Source: Vulcanimicrobiota bacterium
Lineage (GTDB): Bacteria > Vulcanimicrobiota > Vulcanimicrobiia > Vulcanimicrobiales > Vulcanimicrobiaceae
Reading direction: 5' to 3'
Length of the DNA stretch: 58,392 bases
Assembly: GCA_003135555.1 (NCBI GenBank)
Contig: PLCF01000049.1
Span: forward strand, 27,889 to 86,280
The position numbers and the translations under genes are program-made. The notes beneath the pieces are model-generated. The model did not search any database and was not told the origin of the DNA. It saw nothing but the letters and a program-made list of their open reading frames with translations. Shown piece after piece: positions 47,468-58,392 of the stretch (positions are counted from its first letter, which is position 1; the number at the start of each line of letters is the position of its first letter).

Positions 47468-48420
47468 ACCGGTCGAAGGCGGGTGCGATCGCGCTGCTCG
47501 TCGTCGTGCTCGCGCTGTTGCCGGCGGTCGTGCACTCCGACTATCTGCTCGCGCTGTGCGATACCGCCGGGATCTACGCGATCGTCGTAATGGGCCTGGG
47601 GATCCTGCTCGGTTTCGCCGGCCAGTTGTCGCTGGCTCAGGCCGCGTTTCTGGGGATCGGCGCATATGCCTCGGGCTGGCTCACCACGCATCTCGGCTGG
47701 TCGGTGTGGCCGTCGATGGGCGCAGCCATGGCGCTCAGCGCACTCGTCGGCTTGGCCGTGGGCTATCCGTGCCTGCGGCTCTCCGGCCACTATCTCGCGC
47801 TGGCGACGATCGGCTTCGGGATCATCACGCAACTCGTGTTGATCAATTGGAAAGACGTCACCAACGGCAGCGACGGGATGGGTAGCATCCCGCCGCCGGC
47901 GATCGGCTCGTTCGTCTTCGATACCTACGGCCGGTACTATTACATCGTGCTGGTCGCGGTGATCGTGTGCGCATATGTCGCCTGGCGGATCAAGACGACG
48001 CGCGTCGGCCGCGCGCTCGAGGCGATCCGCGAGAACGAGATCGCCGCCCGCGCTACCGGGATCGACGCGACGCGCTACAAGATCGTCGCCTTCGTGCTGG
48101 CCGGAACGTACGCGGGTTTGGCCGGCAGCCTCCTGGCCCACATGACGAAGTTCATCAGCCCCGACTCGTACTCGTTCGACCAGTCGGTCGTGTTCCTGGT
48201 GATGCTCATCGTCGGCGGCTCGTCTTCGATTAGCGGTGCGATCCTGGGCGCGGTGCTGCTGTGGTTCTTACCCGAAGTGCTGCGCCCGCTCAAGACCTCG
48301 TACATCATGGTGTACGGCGCGGCGGTGATCGCGATGATCGTGTTCATGCCCCGCGGCCTGATCGGTTTGTTCGAGGGCGTGCGGGCGCGATTTGCGCGCC
48401 GCAGCCCGGAGGCCGCGTGA
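47464..48420 (+). CDS. ABC permease (LivM-like)
   Basis: GQLSLAQ, YLALAT, AIRENE, PRGL. Confidence 0.95.
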   Translation: MNRSKAGAIALLVVVLALLPAVVHSDYLLALCDTAGIYAIVVMGLGILLGFAGQLSLAQAAFLGIGAYASGWLTTHLGWSVWPSMGAAMALSALVGLAVGYPCLRLSGHYLALATIGFGIITQLVLINWKDVTNGSDGMGSIPPPAIGSFVFDTYGRYYYIVLVAVIVCAYVAWRIKTTRVGRALEAIRENEIAARATGIDATRYKIVAFVLAGTYAGLAGSLLAHMTKFISPDSYSFDQSVVFLVMLIVGGSSSISGAILGAVLLWFLPEVLRPLKTSYIMVYGAAVIAMIVFMPRGLIGLFEGVRARFARRSPEAA

Positions 48421-49220
48421 GCGCAGCCGACCAGATCGCCGCAGCGGAGAGCGGCTTGCTGGAGATCCGCGGCTTAGTGAAGCACTTCGGCGGCGTCACG
48501 GCGGTGAACGCGCTCAACATGACCGTGCGCGCCGGCGACATCCACGCGCTCATCGGCCCTAACGGCTCCGGAAAGACGACCACGCTCAACGTGATCTCGG
48601 CGCTGTATCGCGCCGACGGCGGCTCGATCCGCTTCGACGGCGCCGAGCTCGTCAGGCGCCCGGCGCACGCGATCGCGCAAATGGGAATCGCGCGAACGTT
48701 CCAGAACATTCGGCTCTTCGGCGACCTGACCGTACGCGAAAACGTCATGATCGGGCGCCACGTCCGCACGCGGGTCGGGTTCGTCGGCGCGCTCCTTCCC
48801 GGCGGCGCGACCGCGCGGGAAGAGCGCGAGACGCGCGAGCGCGCACTCGAGTTGCTGGCATTTGTCGGCCTCGAGCGCACCGCCGGCGCATCGGCGCGCA
48901 GTTTGCCCTACGGCGATCAGCGGCGGGTCGAGATCGCCCGCGCCCTCGCGAGCGAGCCGCGGCTGCTGCTGCTCGACGAGCCCGCCGCCGGAATGAATCC
49001 GGCCGAGACCGACGCGCTCGTGGCGCTGCTGCGCACCATCCGCGACAAGGGTACGACCCTGTTGCTCATCGAGCACGACATGAACCTGGTCATGTCGGTG
49101 AGCGACCGCGTCACGGTGCTCAACTTCGGCCAGCACATCGCCGAAGGCCCGCCGGCCGATATCGCGCGCAACCCCGACGTGATCACGGCGTACTTGGGAG
49201 GCACCCTCGATGCTGCTTGA
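48417..49220 (+). CDS. ABC ATP-binding protein (LivG-like)
   Basis: GPNGSGKTT, RTFQNIRLF, LPYG, IEHDM. Confidence 0.95.
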   Translation: MSAADQIAAAESGLLEIRGLVKHFGGVTAVNALNMTVRAGDIHALIGPNGSGKTTTLNVISALYRADGGSIRFDGAELVRRPAHAIAQMGIARTFQNIRLFGDLTVRENVMIGRHVRTRVGFVGALLPGGATAREERETRERALELLAFVGLERTAGASARSLPYGDQRRVEIARALASEPRLLLLDEPAAGMNPAETDALVALLRTIRDKGTTLLLIEHDMNLVMSVSDRVTVLNFGQHIAEGPPADIARNPDVITAYLGGTLDAA

Positions 49221-49941
49221 GGTGCGCGACCTCGTCGCGCGCTACGGCGCGGTCGAGGCGCTTCACGGCATCTCGCTCGACGTCGGCGAGGGCGAGATCG
49301 TCTCGCTGCTGGGCGCGAACGGTGCCGGAAAGAGCACCACGCTCAAGGTGATCTCGGGCGTCATCCCGACCGCGGCCGGAACCGTCAGCTTCGACGGCCG
49401 CGCGCTCGGCGGACTCAACCCCGAGGACGTGGTCGCGTTGGGGGTCGCGCACGTGCCCGAGGGGCGCCGCATCTTCCCCGGGCTCACGACGCTCGACAAC
49501 TTGCGGCTCGGCGCGACCGCGCGCCGCGCGAGCCGCGCCGAGATCGAGCGCGACGTCGACGAAGTGCTTACGATCTTCCCCAAGCTGCGCGGACTGTCGG
49601 GAAAGCTGGGCTGGACGCTTTCGGGCGGCGAGCAGCAGATGTTGGCGATCGCGCGCGGACTGATGGCGAAGCCGCGCCTACTGTTGCTCGACGAGCCGTC
49701 GCTTGGTCTCGCGCCGCTGGTCGTCAAGGACGTGATGGAGACGATCGCGCGCATCGCGCGCGACGGCACGACCGTACTGTTGGTCGAGCAAAACGCGCAC
49801 CTGGCGCTGCAGATCGCCAGCCGCGCCTACGTGCTCGAGACCGGCCGCGTCGCGCTCAGCGGCGACGCCGCCACGCTGCTGGCTAGCGAAGAGATGCGCG
49901 CCGCCTACCTCGGCAGCGCCGTCCGCGTCGCACAGGCGTAA
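49210..49941 (+). CDS. ABC ATP-binding protein (LivF-like)
   Basis: GANGAGKST, LSGGEQQM, VEQNA. Confidence 0.95.
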   Translation: MLLEVRDLVARYGAVEALHGISLDVGEGEIVSLLGANGAGKSTTLKVISGVIPTAAGTVSFDGRALGGLNPEDVVALGVAHVPEGRRIFPGLTTLDNLRLGATARRASRAEIERDVDEVLTIFPKLRGLSGKLGWTLSGGEQQMLAIARGLMAKPRLLLLDEPSLGLAPLVVKDVMETIARIARDGTTVLLVEQNAHLALQIASRAYVLETGRVALSGDAATLLASEEMRAAYLGSAVRVAQA

Positions 49942-49971
49942 CCTCCGGCGCGTGCGCCGGTAGGCAGGCCC

Positions 49972-50955
49972 ATGAAGCGCACGAGCTTCCTGGCCTCCGG
50001 TATTGCCGCAACGACGCTCGCCGGGATCCCCGGCCTGGTGCGCGCGTCCACCGACCTCACGCTGACCACGCCGACCGGCAACCTCGCCGGCACGCTGGAG
50101 CTGCCTGTAGCACCGAGCGGCGGCGTTCCGGTCGCCCTGATCATCAAGCCCTCGATCGTCCTGATCATCGCGGGCTCAGGCCCGACCGACCGCGACGGCA
50201 ACACCCCGGCGCTGCCGGGCAAGAACGACGCCCTCAAGCAGCTCGCGCTGGGTCTCGCGGCGCGCGGCGTCGCATCGCTGCGCTACGACAAGCGCGGCGT
50301 CGGCGCCAGTGCTTCAGCCTTGACTTCCGAGGAGGACCTGCGCTTCGACAACTACGTCGACGACGCGGTCGCGTGGATCAACGAGCTGCGCGCACAGAAG
50401 CGTTTCTCACACGTCGTCGTGGCGGGGCACAGCGAAGGTTCGCTGGTCGGCATGCTGGCCGCAGCGCGTGCCAAGGCCGACGGGTTCGTATCGCTCGAAG
50501 GCGCCGGTCGACCCATGGCGCAGATTCTGCGCGAGCAACTGACCAAAATGCGGCCGGACCACGCTGCTGCGGCGATGGCCATCATCGACCAGCTCGCCGC
50601 CGGACATACGGTTACCGACGCACCGCCGGAGTTCGCGGGGCTGACTCGGCCTTCCGTTCAACCGTACATGATCTCGTGGCTGAAATATGATCCGGCCACG
50701 GAGATCGCGAACGTGAAGTCGCCCGTCGCGATCGTGCAAGGCACCGCCGACGTTCAGATCACGCTCGTCGACTCCGAAAAACTGCATGCGGCGCTACCCT
50801 CCGCGCGCTACGTCGTCGTCGACGGCATGAACCATGTGCTCAAGCACGCCCCCGACCATAGCACCAATGAGGCGCTCATCGCCGGCTACACCAACCCCGC
50901 GCTCCAAGTCGAACCCGCCGTCATCGACACCGTCGTCAGGATCGTGAAGGGCTGA
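49972..50955 (+). CDS. Alpha/beta hydrolase with signal peptide
   Basis: AGSGPTDRDGN, YDKRG, GHSEG, QGTAD, MNHVLK. Confidence 0.92.
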   Translation: MKRTSFLASGIAATTLAGIPGLVRASTDLTLTTPTGNLAGTLELPVAPSGGVPVALIIKPSIVLIIAGSGPTDRDGNTPALPGKNDALKQLALGLAARGVASLRYDKRGVGASASALTSEEDLRFDNYVDDAVAWINELRAQKRFSHVVVAGHSEGSLVGMLAAARAKADGFVSLEGAGRPMAQILREQLTKMRPDHAAAAMAIIDQLAAGHTVTDAPPEFAGLTRPSVQPYMISWLKYDPATEIANVKSPVAIVQGTADVQITLVDSEKLHAALPSARYVVVDGMNHVLKHAPDHSTNEALIAGYTNPALQVEPAVIDTVVRIVKG

Positions 50956-51061
50956 TCAGCGCTCGACCTGACCTCGCGGCAGGAAACGCAAGCGCGCGTC
51001 GGGCACTGATCGGCTCGGGCGGGAGTCGCGAGCACCATTCCGGCTCTCGTTCGTCTTCCTT

Positions 51062-53209
51062 TTGACGTGGGTAGTTGTCGGCTTGTACCAGACCGCACAT
51101 TCGGCAAGACATGGACGATCCGGTGATCGGCGGCCTTACAGGCCGCTCGCATTGCTGCTGTGTTCCGCGCTGCTCGCCGGGTGCGGCGGTGCGGGAAGCG
51201 TTGCACCGAAGCCGGCCTCGACCGCTGCCGCGGCCTACAACGGCCCGCTCTCCGACGCGACCTTCAAGATCACGATCCCCGTGCCAACGGCCAGCGTCAA
51301 GGCGCGGCGTCCGGCCTACGTGTCGTCGTCGACGACGAAGATCGTTTTCACGTTGAACAGCGACACCGTCGGGCTCAGCGGAGCGGCGCTGACGACCTTC
51401 AACACCACCAACCTCGGGGCGAAGGCCGTCACGTTGAACAGCGCGACGTGCCCGGGGAGCGGGCCGTGGACGTGCACGCTCACGATCAAGCTACCGCCGG
51501 GCACCGACAACGTCACGATTTCGGCACAGGACGGCTCGAGCAATATCCTCTCGCAGCAGATTCAGAATTTCACCGTCGTCGCCGCAACGGCGAACTCGTT
51601 CAGCACGACCCTCGACGCGAACGCCAACGTGATGACGGTGACGGGCTCCGGCTTCTGCGCGGTCGGCACGGTCGCGAACTCCTCGACGTTCGGCTCGGTC
51701 GGCACGCAGACCGTTTCGTTCACCGTCGGATACACCGACCTCGCCGGAAAGACGATCGTCGCTCCCGGGCGGCCGATTCTGGCGGTGAACGGCCACACCG
51801 ACGACAACGGCGGGGCCGGCTACCCCGACGCCGGAACCGGCGGCACCATCAACGTCAAAGTCACCCAAGCGACGCAGTCGTACACGATCACGCCTAGCAC
51901 GTCGAGCATGACGGCCACGGTCGCCGTCACCGCGACGCCGGCGAACACGAACGGCGCGACCGACGGGCTCGGGTTCACGAAGAGTGTCTCGTACACGTTC
52001 GCGACCGGGCCGGCGCCGCCGGCGCACAACTTCCTGGCTGCGATCGAGCAGACCGGCGCGAACAGCGGGAAGATCGACCTGTACAACATGACGATCGGGG
52101 GCACGAGCGGCAGCGCCGACACGTTCTCCGCGTTCAGTCCGGCGACGCTCGCCGTGACCGCCTCGACCAACCAGACGGGCGTCAGCGACGTCGACAACCC
52201 GCTCGTGATCGCGTGGGACGTCAACGGCGACCTGCTGATCGCCAATGGCGGCAGCGGCGCCGCCGCCGACCCCAACGGCAACTTCGCCTGCGTCCCGGTC
52301 GGTTCGATCGCGACGGGCTCGGCCCAATCGACGACCGTTACGCAGAACATCGACGTACCGGAGTCGCTCGCCTACGGCCAGCATGGGACTGTCGGGTTGG
52401 CCGACAGCGCCGGGACGACGATCGCCTTCTCGGAGTTCGTCCTGGCCGGCAACTACGTGCCCGCTGACAGCGGGTCGACCGGCAGCGGCACCCCCAACCT
52501 GACCATCGCGGAAGAGGGCGGTGACGGCGGGACTTTCACCGTCGCGCTCCCGACACTCTCATCGTCGTCGGACACCTTCGCGGTCGCCCTCTTTGGCGGC
52601 CCCTCGCACACGCCGAAGGTTACGATCGTCACCTCGACCGGGGGGACGACCGACATCACGGATACGAACATCACCGATCCAGTCGGGCTGGCTTGGGACG
52701 CGACGAACAGCGAGCTGGTGATCGCCAACAACGAGGCCCCGCAAACGGACATCCTCACGTACACGCTCTCGCCGGTCACCAAGCAGCAAACGATCAACAC
52801 CAGCGACACCAACTACTACGTCGCGGCCGCGCCGGACGGCAAGCTCGCCGTCGCCGGCGCGTCGTTCACCGGCACATCGCAAGTCTTCATCTACAGCAGT
52901 TCCGTTGCGGGGCGCACCTTGGTCACCACGATCCCGTTCAACGCGACGACGACCTCGTGCGGCGCGACCTACATCTACAACCCGGGCGTGATCACGTCGA
53001 TGAGCTGGCTCTCGGCCACGAAGTTGATGATCTCGCTGAACTCGTCGGTAACGTCGTCGAAGAACGGCATCTACATCTTCGACGTCAGCGCGTCGCAGAC
53101 GAACGCCGGGTTCGACGACATTACGTGCAACCCGGAACCCAACGGGCCCAAGCAGACCGGATTCCAGCTCATCACAAACAAGCCGCTGGGCACGGCGTTC
53201 AAGCCATAA
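51062..53209 (+). CDS. Large Thr/Ser-rich lipoprotein (beta-rich; probable Ig-like plus propeller); start uncertain
   Basis: Lipobox LLAGC; RRPAYVSSST; repeated P..[IL]A[WY] blades. Confidence 0.82.
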   Translation: MTWVVVGLYQTAHSARHGRSGDRRPYRPLALLLCSALLAGCGGAGSVAPKPASTAAAAYNGPLSDATFKITIPVPTASVKARRPAYVSSSTTKIVFTLNSDTVGLSGAALTTFNTTNLGAKAVTLNSATCPGSGPWTCTLTIKLPPGTDNVTISAQDGSSNILSQQIQNFTVVAATANSFSTTLDANANVMTVTGSGFCAVGTVANSSTFGSVGTQTVSFTVGYTDLAGKTIVAPGRPILAVNGHTDDNGGAGYPDAGTGGTINVKVTQATQSYTITPSTSSMTATVAVTATPANTNGATDGLGFTKSVSYTFATGPAPPAHNFLAAIEQTGANSGKIDLYNMTIGGTSGSADTFSAFSPATLAVTASTNQTGVSDVDNPLVIAWDVNGDLLIANGGSGAAADPNGNFACVPVGSIATGSAQSTTVTQNIDVPESLAYGQHGTVGLADSAGTTIAFSEFVLAGNYVPADSGSTGSGTPNLTIAEEGGDGGTFTVALPTLSSSSDTFAVALFGGPSHTPKVTIVTSTGGTTDITDTNITDPVGLAWDATNSELVIANNEAPQTDILTYTLSPVTKQQTINTSDTNYYVAAAPDGKLAVAGASFTGTSQVFIYSSSVAGRTLVTTIPFNATTTSCGATYIYNPGVITSMSWLSATKLMISLNSSVTSSKNGIYIFDVSASQTNAGFDDITCNPEPNGPKQTGFQLITNKPLGTAFKP

Positions 53210-53220
53210 GGCCTAAGACC

Positions 53221-55276
<2,056 letters not shown>

Positions 55277-55324
55277 GGCGGGTTGTACCGCGCCGACGGC
55301 AGCTCGTCCTAGACGGTGCCGCGA

Positions 55325-55552
55325 CTACGAGGCCCGGCGCGCGTGCCGGTGCTGGGGCGGCGCGGCGTACGCGTCGGCCAGCCGCCGCAGGTAGGCGGCG
55401 TCGTCCTCGAAGATCTGCTGCGGCGCTACGCGATGCAGCTGCAACGCGAGGCCGAGCCGTCGGGCGGCGCGCCAATCGCCGCGTTCAACCCGGCTGCGGA
55501 ACAGGTCGAGCGCCTGCTGATCGCGCGCGAGCGGGTTGGTCGGGGTCCCCAT
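55325..55552 (-). CDS. Small hypothetical protein
   Basis: ATG with GAAGGG upstream; no motif. Confidence 0.45.
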   Translation of the reverse strand: MGTPTNPLARDQQALDLFRSRVERGDWRAARRLGLALQLHRVAPQQIFEDDAAYLRRLADAYAAPPQHRHARRAS

Positions 55553-55657
55553 CGCCCTTCACGTACCCGCGGAAGGACGGTCCTCCTCACGCCGGCTCGC
55601 AGTGTTCATGCGCGGTTAAGGTTTGCCGCAAACGGTGTTCTGAATCGACCAAAGGAC

Positions 55658-55687
55658 TTGAAGGCGGGGTCCGAGGTGCCGTACGAT
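55658..55687 (+). promoter_or_regulatory. Candidate sigma70 promoter TTGAAG-N18-TACGAT
   Basis: Near-consensus hexamers upstream of a two-gene operon. Confidence 0.35.
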
Positions 55688-55755
55688 GGCCTCCTAGCCT
55701 AGATGGCAGGCGGGCGAGCCGTCGGTTAGTGTCTGGGTACCACGGAGGGTCTGTT

Positions 55756-55965
55756 TTGTACGATCATACGTTTGCATTGCTGCGCGCGACCCTCGGTCTA
55801 CCAGGGCGAACGTTTTCGTACTCCGCGAGCGCCTCTCCCGACATCCGCGACCACGTCTGGCGCTGCGGCTGCGCTGCGCGCGAGTTGCACGACATGTGCG
55901 AGCTGGTCCCGTGCGGAAAGCACGAAGCCTTGAACGACATCTGGTACGAGCGCAAGCTGGCGTGA
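55756..55965 (+). CDS. Small Cys/His-rich protein (putative Zn-binding)
   Basis: GGAGG RBS then TTG; WRCGC...C....CGKH; GTGA overlap with next gene. Confidence 0.6.
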   Translation: MYDHTFALLRATLGLPGRTFSYSASASPDIRDHVWRCGCAARELHDMCELVPCGKHEALNDIWYERKLA

Positions 55966-56168
55966 AGCGCTACGACATCTTCCTGAGCGACGGTCATCGC
56001 CTGACCACGAACGAGGACGGCTACCGCGGGATCCGGACCGGGCTGGCAGGGACCCTCGATGCGCGCATGGTCCGCCTCAACACGGTGCGCGGCGAACGCG
56101 TCACGCACACGGTGGAGATCAACGTCGACCACATCGTGACGATCAGTCCGATCGAGGACGACCAGTAG
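55962..56168 (+). CDS. Small hypothetical protein (68 aa), resembles 4149-4391
   Basis: GTG start coupled to upstream stop; shared motif pattern. Confidence 0.65.
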   Translation: MKRYDIFLSDGHRLTTNEDGYRGIRTGLAGTLDARMVRLNTVRGERVTHTVEINVDHIVTISPIEDDQ

Positions 56169-57048
56169 CCGCATCCTCGGAGCCTCGCTCCGCATAGAGC
56201 TGCACCAGTGCGGTTGCGGGCCCCGCGGCGTGCCCCTGCGCGAGCAGCAGCCGGTAGAGCGTCGTCACCTCCGAGGTCACCGGCATCGGCGCCGCGGCCG
56301 CCGCCGCCATGTCCGCGATGATCTCGAGGTCCTTGAGGATGATCATGCCGCGCGCCCGCCGGAAACGACCCGCCGCCATGTCGTGAGCGTGCGCGGCCCG
56401 GACCGCCGAATCGGCCCAGCCGCCGGCGACGGCGTCGATGAGCGCGTCGGGGTCGAGCCCGCAGCGGCGCGCGTAGGCGATCACCTCGGCCCACAGCGCC
56501 GTCGTCCCCGCGACCACGGCTTGATTGCACGACTTCGCGATCTGTCCGCTCCCGGCCGGACCCAAATGGGTCACGTGCGCGGCGTACGCGGCGATCCAGG
56601 GCTGCACGCGCGCGACGTCGTCGTGCTCGCCGCCGAGAAAACAGGCCAGCGTCCCCGCTTGCGCGCCGACGGCTCCGCCCGAAACGGGCGCATCCACCCA
56701 CCCCACGCCCGTCTCGCGCACTCGCCGGGCAGCGCGGCGCGTGGTCTGCGGATGGATCGTCGAGTGATCGACGATCAGGCTGCCGGCCCGCATTCCGGCC
56801 GCGACGCCGTGCGGTCCGAACGCGACCTCCTCGACGGCGTCGCCGTCGGTTACGCAGAGCAGCACGGCATCGCATTTCGTCGCCAACTCGGCCGGCGTCG
56901 CCGCGGCGATCGCGCCGGCCTCGATCGCGGGCCGTAGCCGCGACGGCGTACGCCCCCACACCATTACCTGGTGACCGGCGGCAATGAGCCGCAGCGCCAT
57001 CGGCTCGCCGATGTCGCCCAATCCAATCCATCCCAGCGTTGCCATCAT
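56143..57048 (-). CDS. 3-hydroxyisobutyrate dehydrogenase-family oxidoreductase
   Basis: WIGLG.IG.PMA, DHSTI, DAPVSGG, GSGQ.AK..NQ, KDL. Confidence 0.93.
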   Translation of the reverse strand: MMATLGWIGLGDIGEPMALRLIAAGHQVMVWGRTPSRLRPAIEAGAIAAATPAELATKCDAVLLCVTDGDAVEEVAFGPHGVAAGMRAGSLIVDHSTIHPQTTRRAARRVRETGVGWVDAPVSGGAVGAQAGTLACFLGGEHDDVARVQPWIAAYAAHVTHLGPAGSGQIAKSCNQAVVAGTTALWAEVIAYARRCGLDPDALIDAVAGGWADSAVRAAHAHDMAAGRFRRARGMIILKDLEIIADMAAAAAAPMPVTSEVTTLYRLLLAQGHAAGPATALVQLYAERGSEDAATGRPRSD

Positions 57049-57967
57049 GCGTCATTCGCGGGGAACGCGCCAAAGCCACCCCGAACGTTGCTCACCGTTG
57101 CGGAACTGGTGTGCTTGCCGGCTGTTTGAAGCGCTCGCCGTGTTGACGTTCGCGGTCGGTCTCGGCGACGTCGGACGCGCCGATGCCCCGGCGTGCGCGC
57201 GGCCGAACGTCCCGGCGACGACGATTCATGCGGTCGAGCCGGTGGTCCCGGGGATTGCGCAGCGCAGCAATGTGGGCGGTCAGGTTCGCGTCGTGGTTTC
57301 GCTCGACGCCGGTAGCCACGTAGTCGGGGCGCGGATCGCCACATCGACCAACGCGCTGCTCGACGGCGCGGCGTTGGATGCCGCGCGCGCATCGGTGTTT
57401 CAAACCGAGATCCGCGATTGCGGCCCGGTCGCGTACGATGCTTTCATCGCGCGCCTGCGCGGGCTGGGGATCGGCAGCGCCAACGTCGACCAGCGATCGT
57501 ACGGTGTGCAATACAATCCGACTCCCGGTCCCTCGGCACGCCCGTTTCCCTACGCCTTCCCCACCGCGGCACCGCGGTTCGGGTACGTCGTGACGCGGCA
57601 ACTCGCGGTGACGGTGGCGCCGCTCGAGCGCGTCGGTGGCGTCGTCGCAGCCGCGGTCGCATCCGGGGCGACTGCGCTGTCGGTCCAGTACACAGTCATC
57701 GACGCTCAGGCGGCGTATCGGGAGGCGCTCGCCTTGGCGATGCGCGATGCGGCGGTACAGGCCGAGGCGATCGCCGCGGCAAGCCGCCTGCACGTCGACG
57801 GAATCACCTACGTGGAGACCGGAAAGAACCTCCGTCTCGGATCGAGCGGCGCCCCTCCTCAGCAAATCCGGATCGGGCCGCCGGGTACCGTGACGACCGC
57901 TCCGCTGCCGCCGTCGGCGGTGTACGTGGTCGCCTCGGCGATCGTTACCTACGCCCTCAAGCACTGA
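57047..57967 (+). CDS. TonB C-terminal-like domain fused to N-truncated SIMPL (DUF541) domain; start uncertain
   Basis: P..P.IA....V.V.VSLD...LLD.AALDAAR; then GYVVTRQLAVTV..VGGVV.AAV..GA..YREAL..A..DA..QAEAIA. Confidence 0.7.
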   Translation: MRHSRGTRQSHPERCSPLRNWCACRLFEALAVLTFAVGLGDVGRADAPACARPNVPATTIHAVEPVVPGIAQRSNVGGQVRVVVSLDAGSHVVGARIATSTNALLDGAALDAARASVFQTEIRDCGPVAYDAFIARLRGLGIGSANVDQRSYGVQYNPTPGPSARPFPYAFPTAAPRFGYVVTRQLAVTVAPLERVGGVVAAAVASGATALSVQYTVIDAQAAYREALALAMRDAAVQAEAIAAASRLHVDGITYVETGKNLRLGSSGAPPQQIRIGPPGTVTTAPLPPSAVYVVASAIVTYALKH

Positions 57968-57971
57968 GCGG

Positions 57972-58392
57972 TTAGACCTTAATCTCCAGCCCCATCAACG
58001 TGCGGATGCGGTTTTGATCGGCGGCTAGTTCGGCGGCCGGGCCGCTGTGCACCACGCGGCCGCTGTCGAGGACGTAGGCGCGGTCGGCGATGCGCAGCGC
58101 CAGCAGCGCGTTCTGCTCGACCAGCAAGATCGAATGGCCGGTCTTCTTGAGCTCGGTCAAAATGCGGTAGACGTCCTCGACGATCAGCGGCCCCAGCCCC
58201 TGCGAGGGCTCATCGACGAGCAACAGCCGCGGGTTCGATACCAGCGCGCGGCCGATCGCGAGCATCTCTTGCTCGCCGCCCGAAAGCCGCCCCGATTTGC
58301 GCCCGCGCAACTCGTTCAGTTTGGGGAGATGCTCGAAGACGCGCGCGATCGTCCACTCGCCGCCGCGCGCGTTCTCGGCCAGCTGCAGGTTC
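57972..58392 (-). CDS. ABC ATP-binding protein (LivF-like), 5' partial
   Basis: Frame open to window end; LSGGEQEML, DEPSQGL, VEQNA. Confidence 0.93.
   Translation of the reverse strand, partial: NLQLAENARGGEWTIARVFEHLPKLNELRGRKSGRLSGGEQEMLAIGRALVSNPRLLLVDEPSQGLGPLIVEDVYRILTELKKTGHSILLVEQNALLALRIADRAYVLDSGRVVHSGPAAELAADQNRIRTLMGLEIKV

Overview
GC-rich bacterial chromosomal window. Gene style (Thr/Ser-rich 'RRPAYVS' lipoprotein, TonB-C variant, many orphan secreted proteins) suggests Vulcanimicrobiota/Eremiobacterota, which is inference only. It has four parts. (1) 1-1468: end of a cell-wall (dcw) segment, murB-ddl. (2) ~1.35-18.5 kb: accessory/defence region. It holds a lower-GC type II R-M locus (HTH controller, PD-(D/E)xK REase, C5-MTase, Vsr) with a shared CCTTGA-N4-TCAAGG operator. 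Next to it is the best candidate for an undescribed system: a catalytically dead LigD-type primase-polymerase domain fused to a winged-HTH and an intact Mrr-like nuclease, with a decayed second copy nearby. An array of small, mostly secreted orphan genes bracketed by duplicated 194-aa genes follows. (3) 18.6-50 kb: catabolic/transport region with an amidohydrolase, two Liv-type ABC systems, OPT, a sugar ABC system, two IlvD/Edd dehydratases, RraA- and DapA-like aldolases, SDR, epimerase, a LarA-like protein, GntR and a split UxaA. (4) 50-58.4 kb: hydrolase, large lipoprotein, tfdA-like/pobA operon, small orphans, a TonB-C/SIMPL chimera and a partial LivF. No rRNA, tRNA, CRISPR array, integrase or transposase was recognised. 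All calls come from motif recognition by eye; no searches were run.
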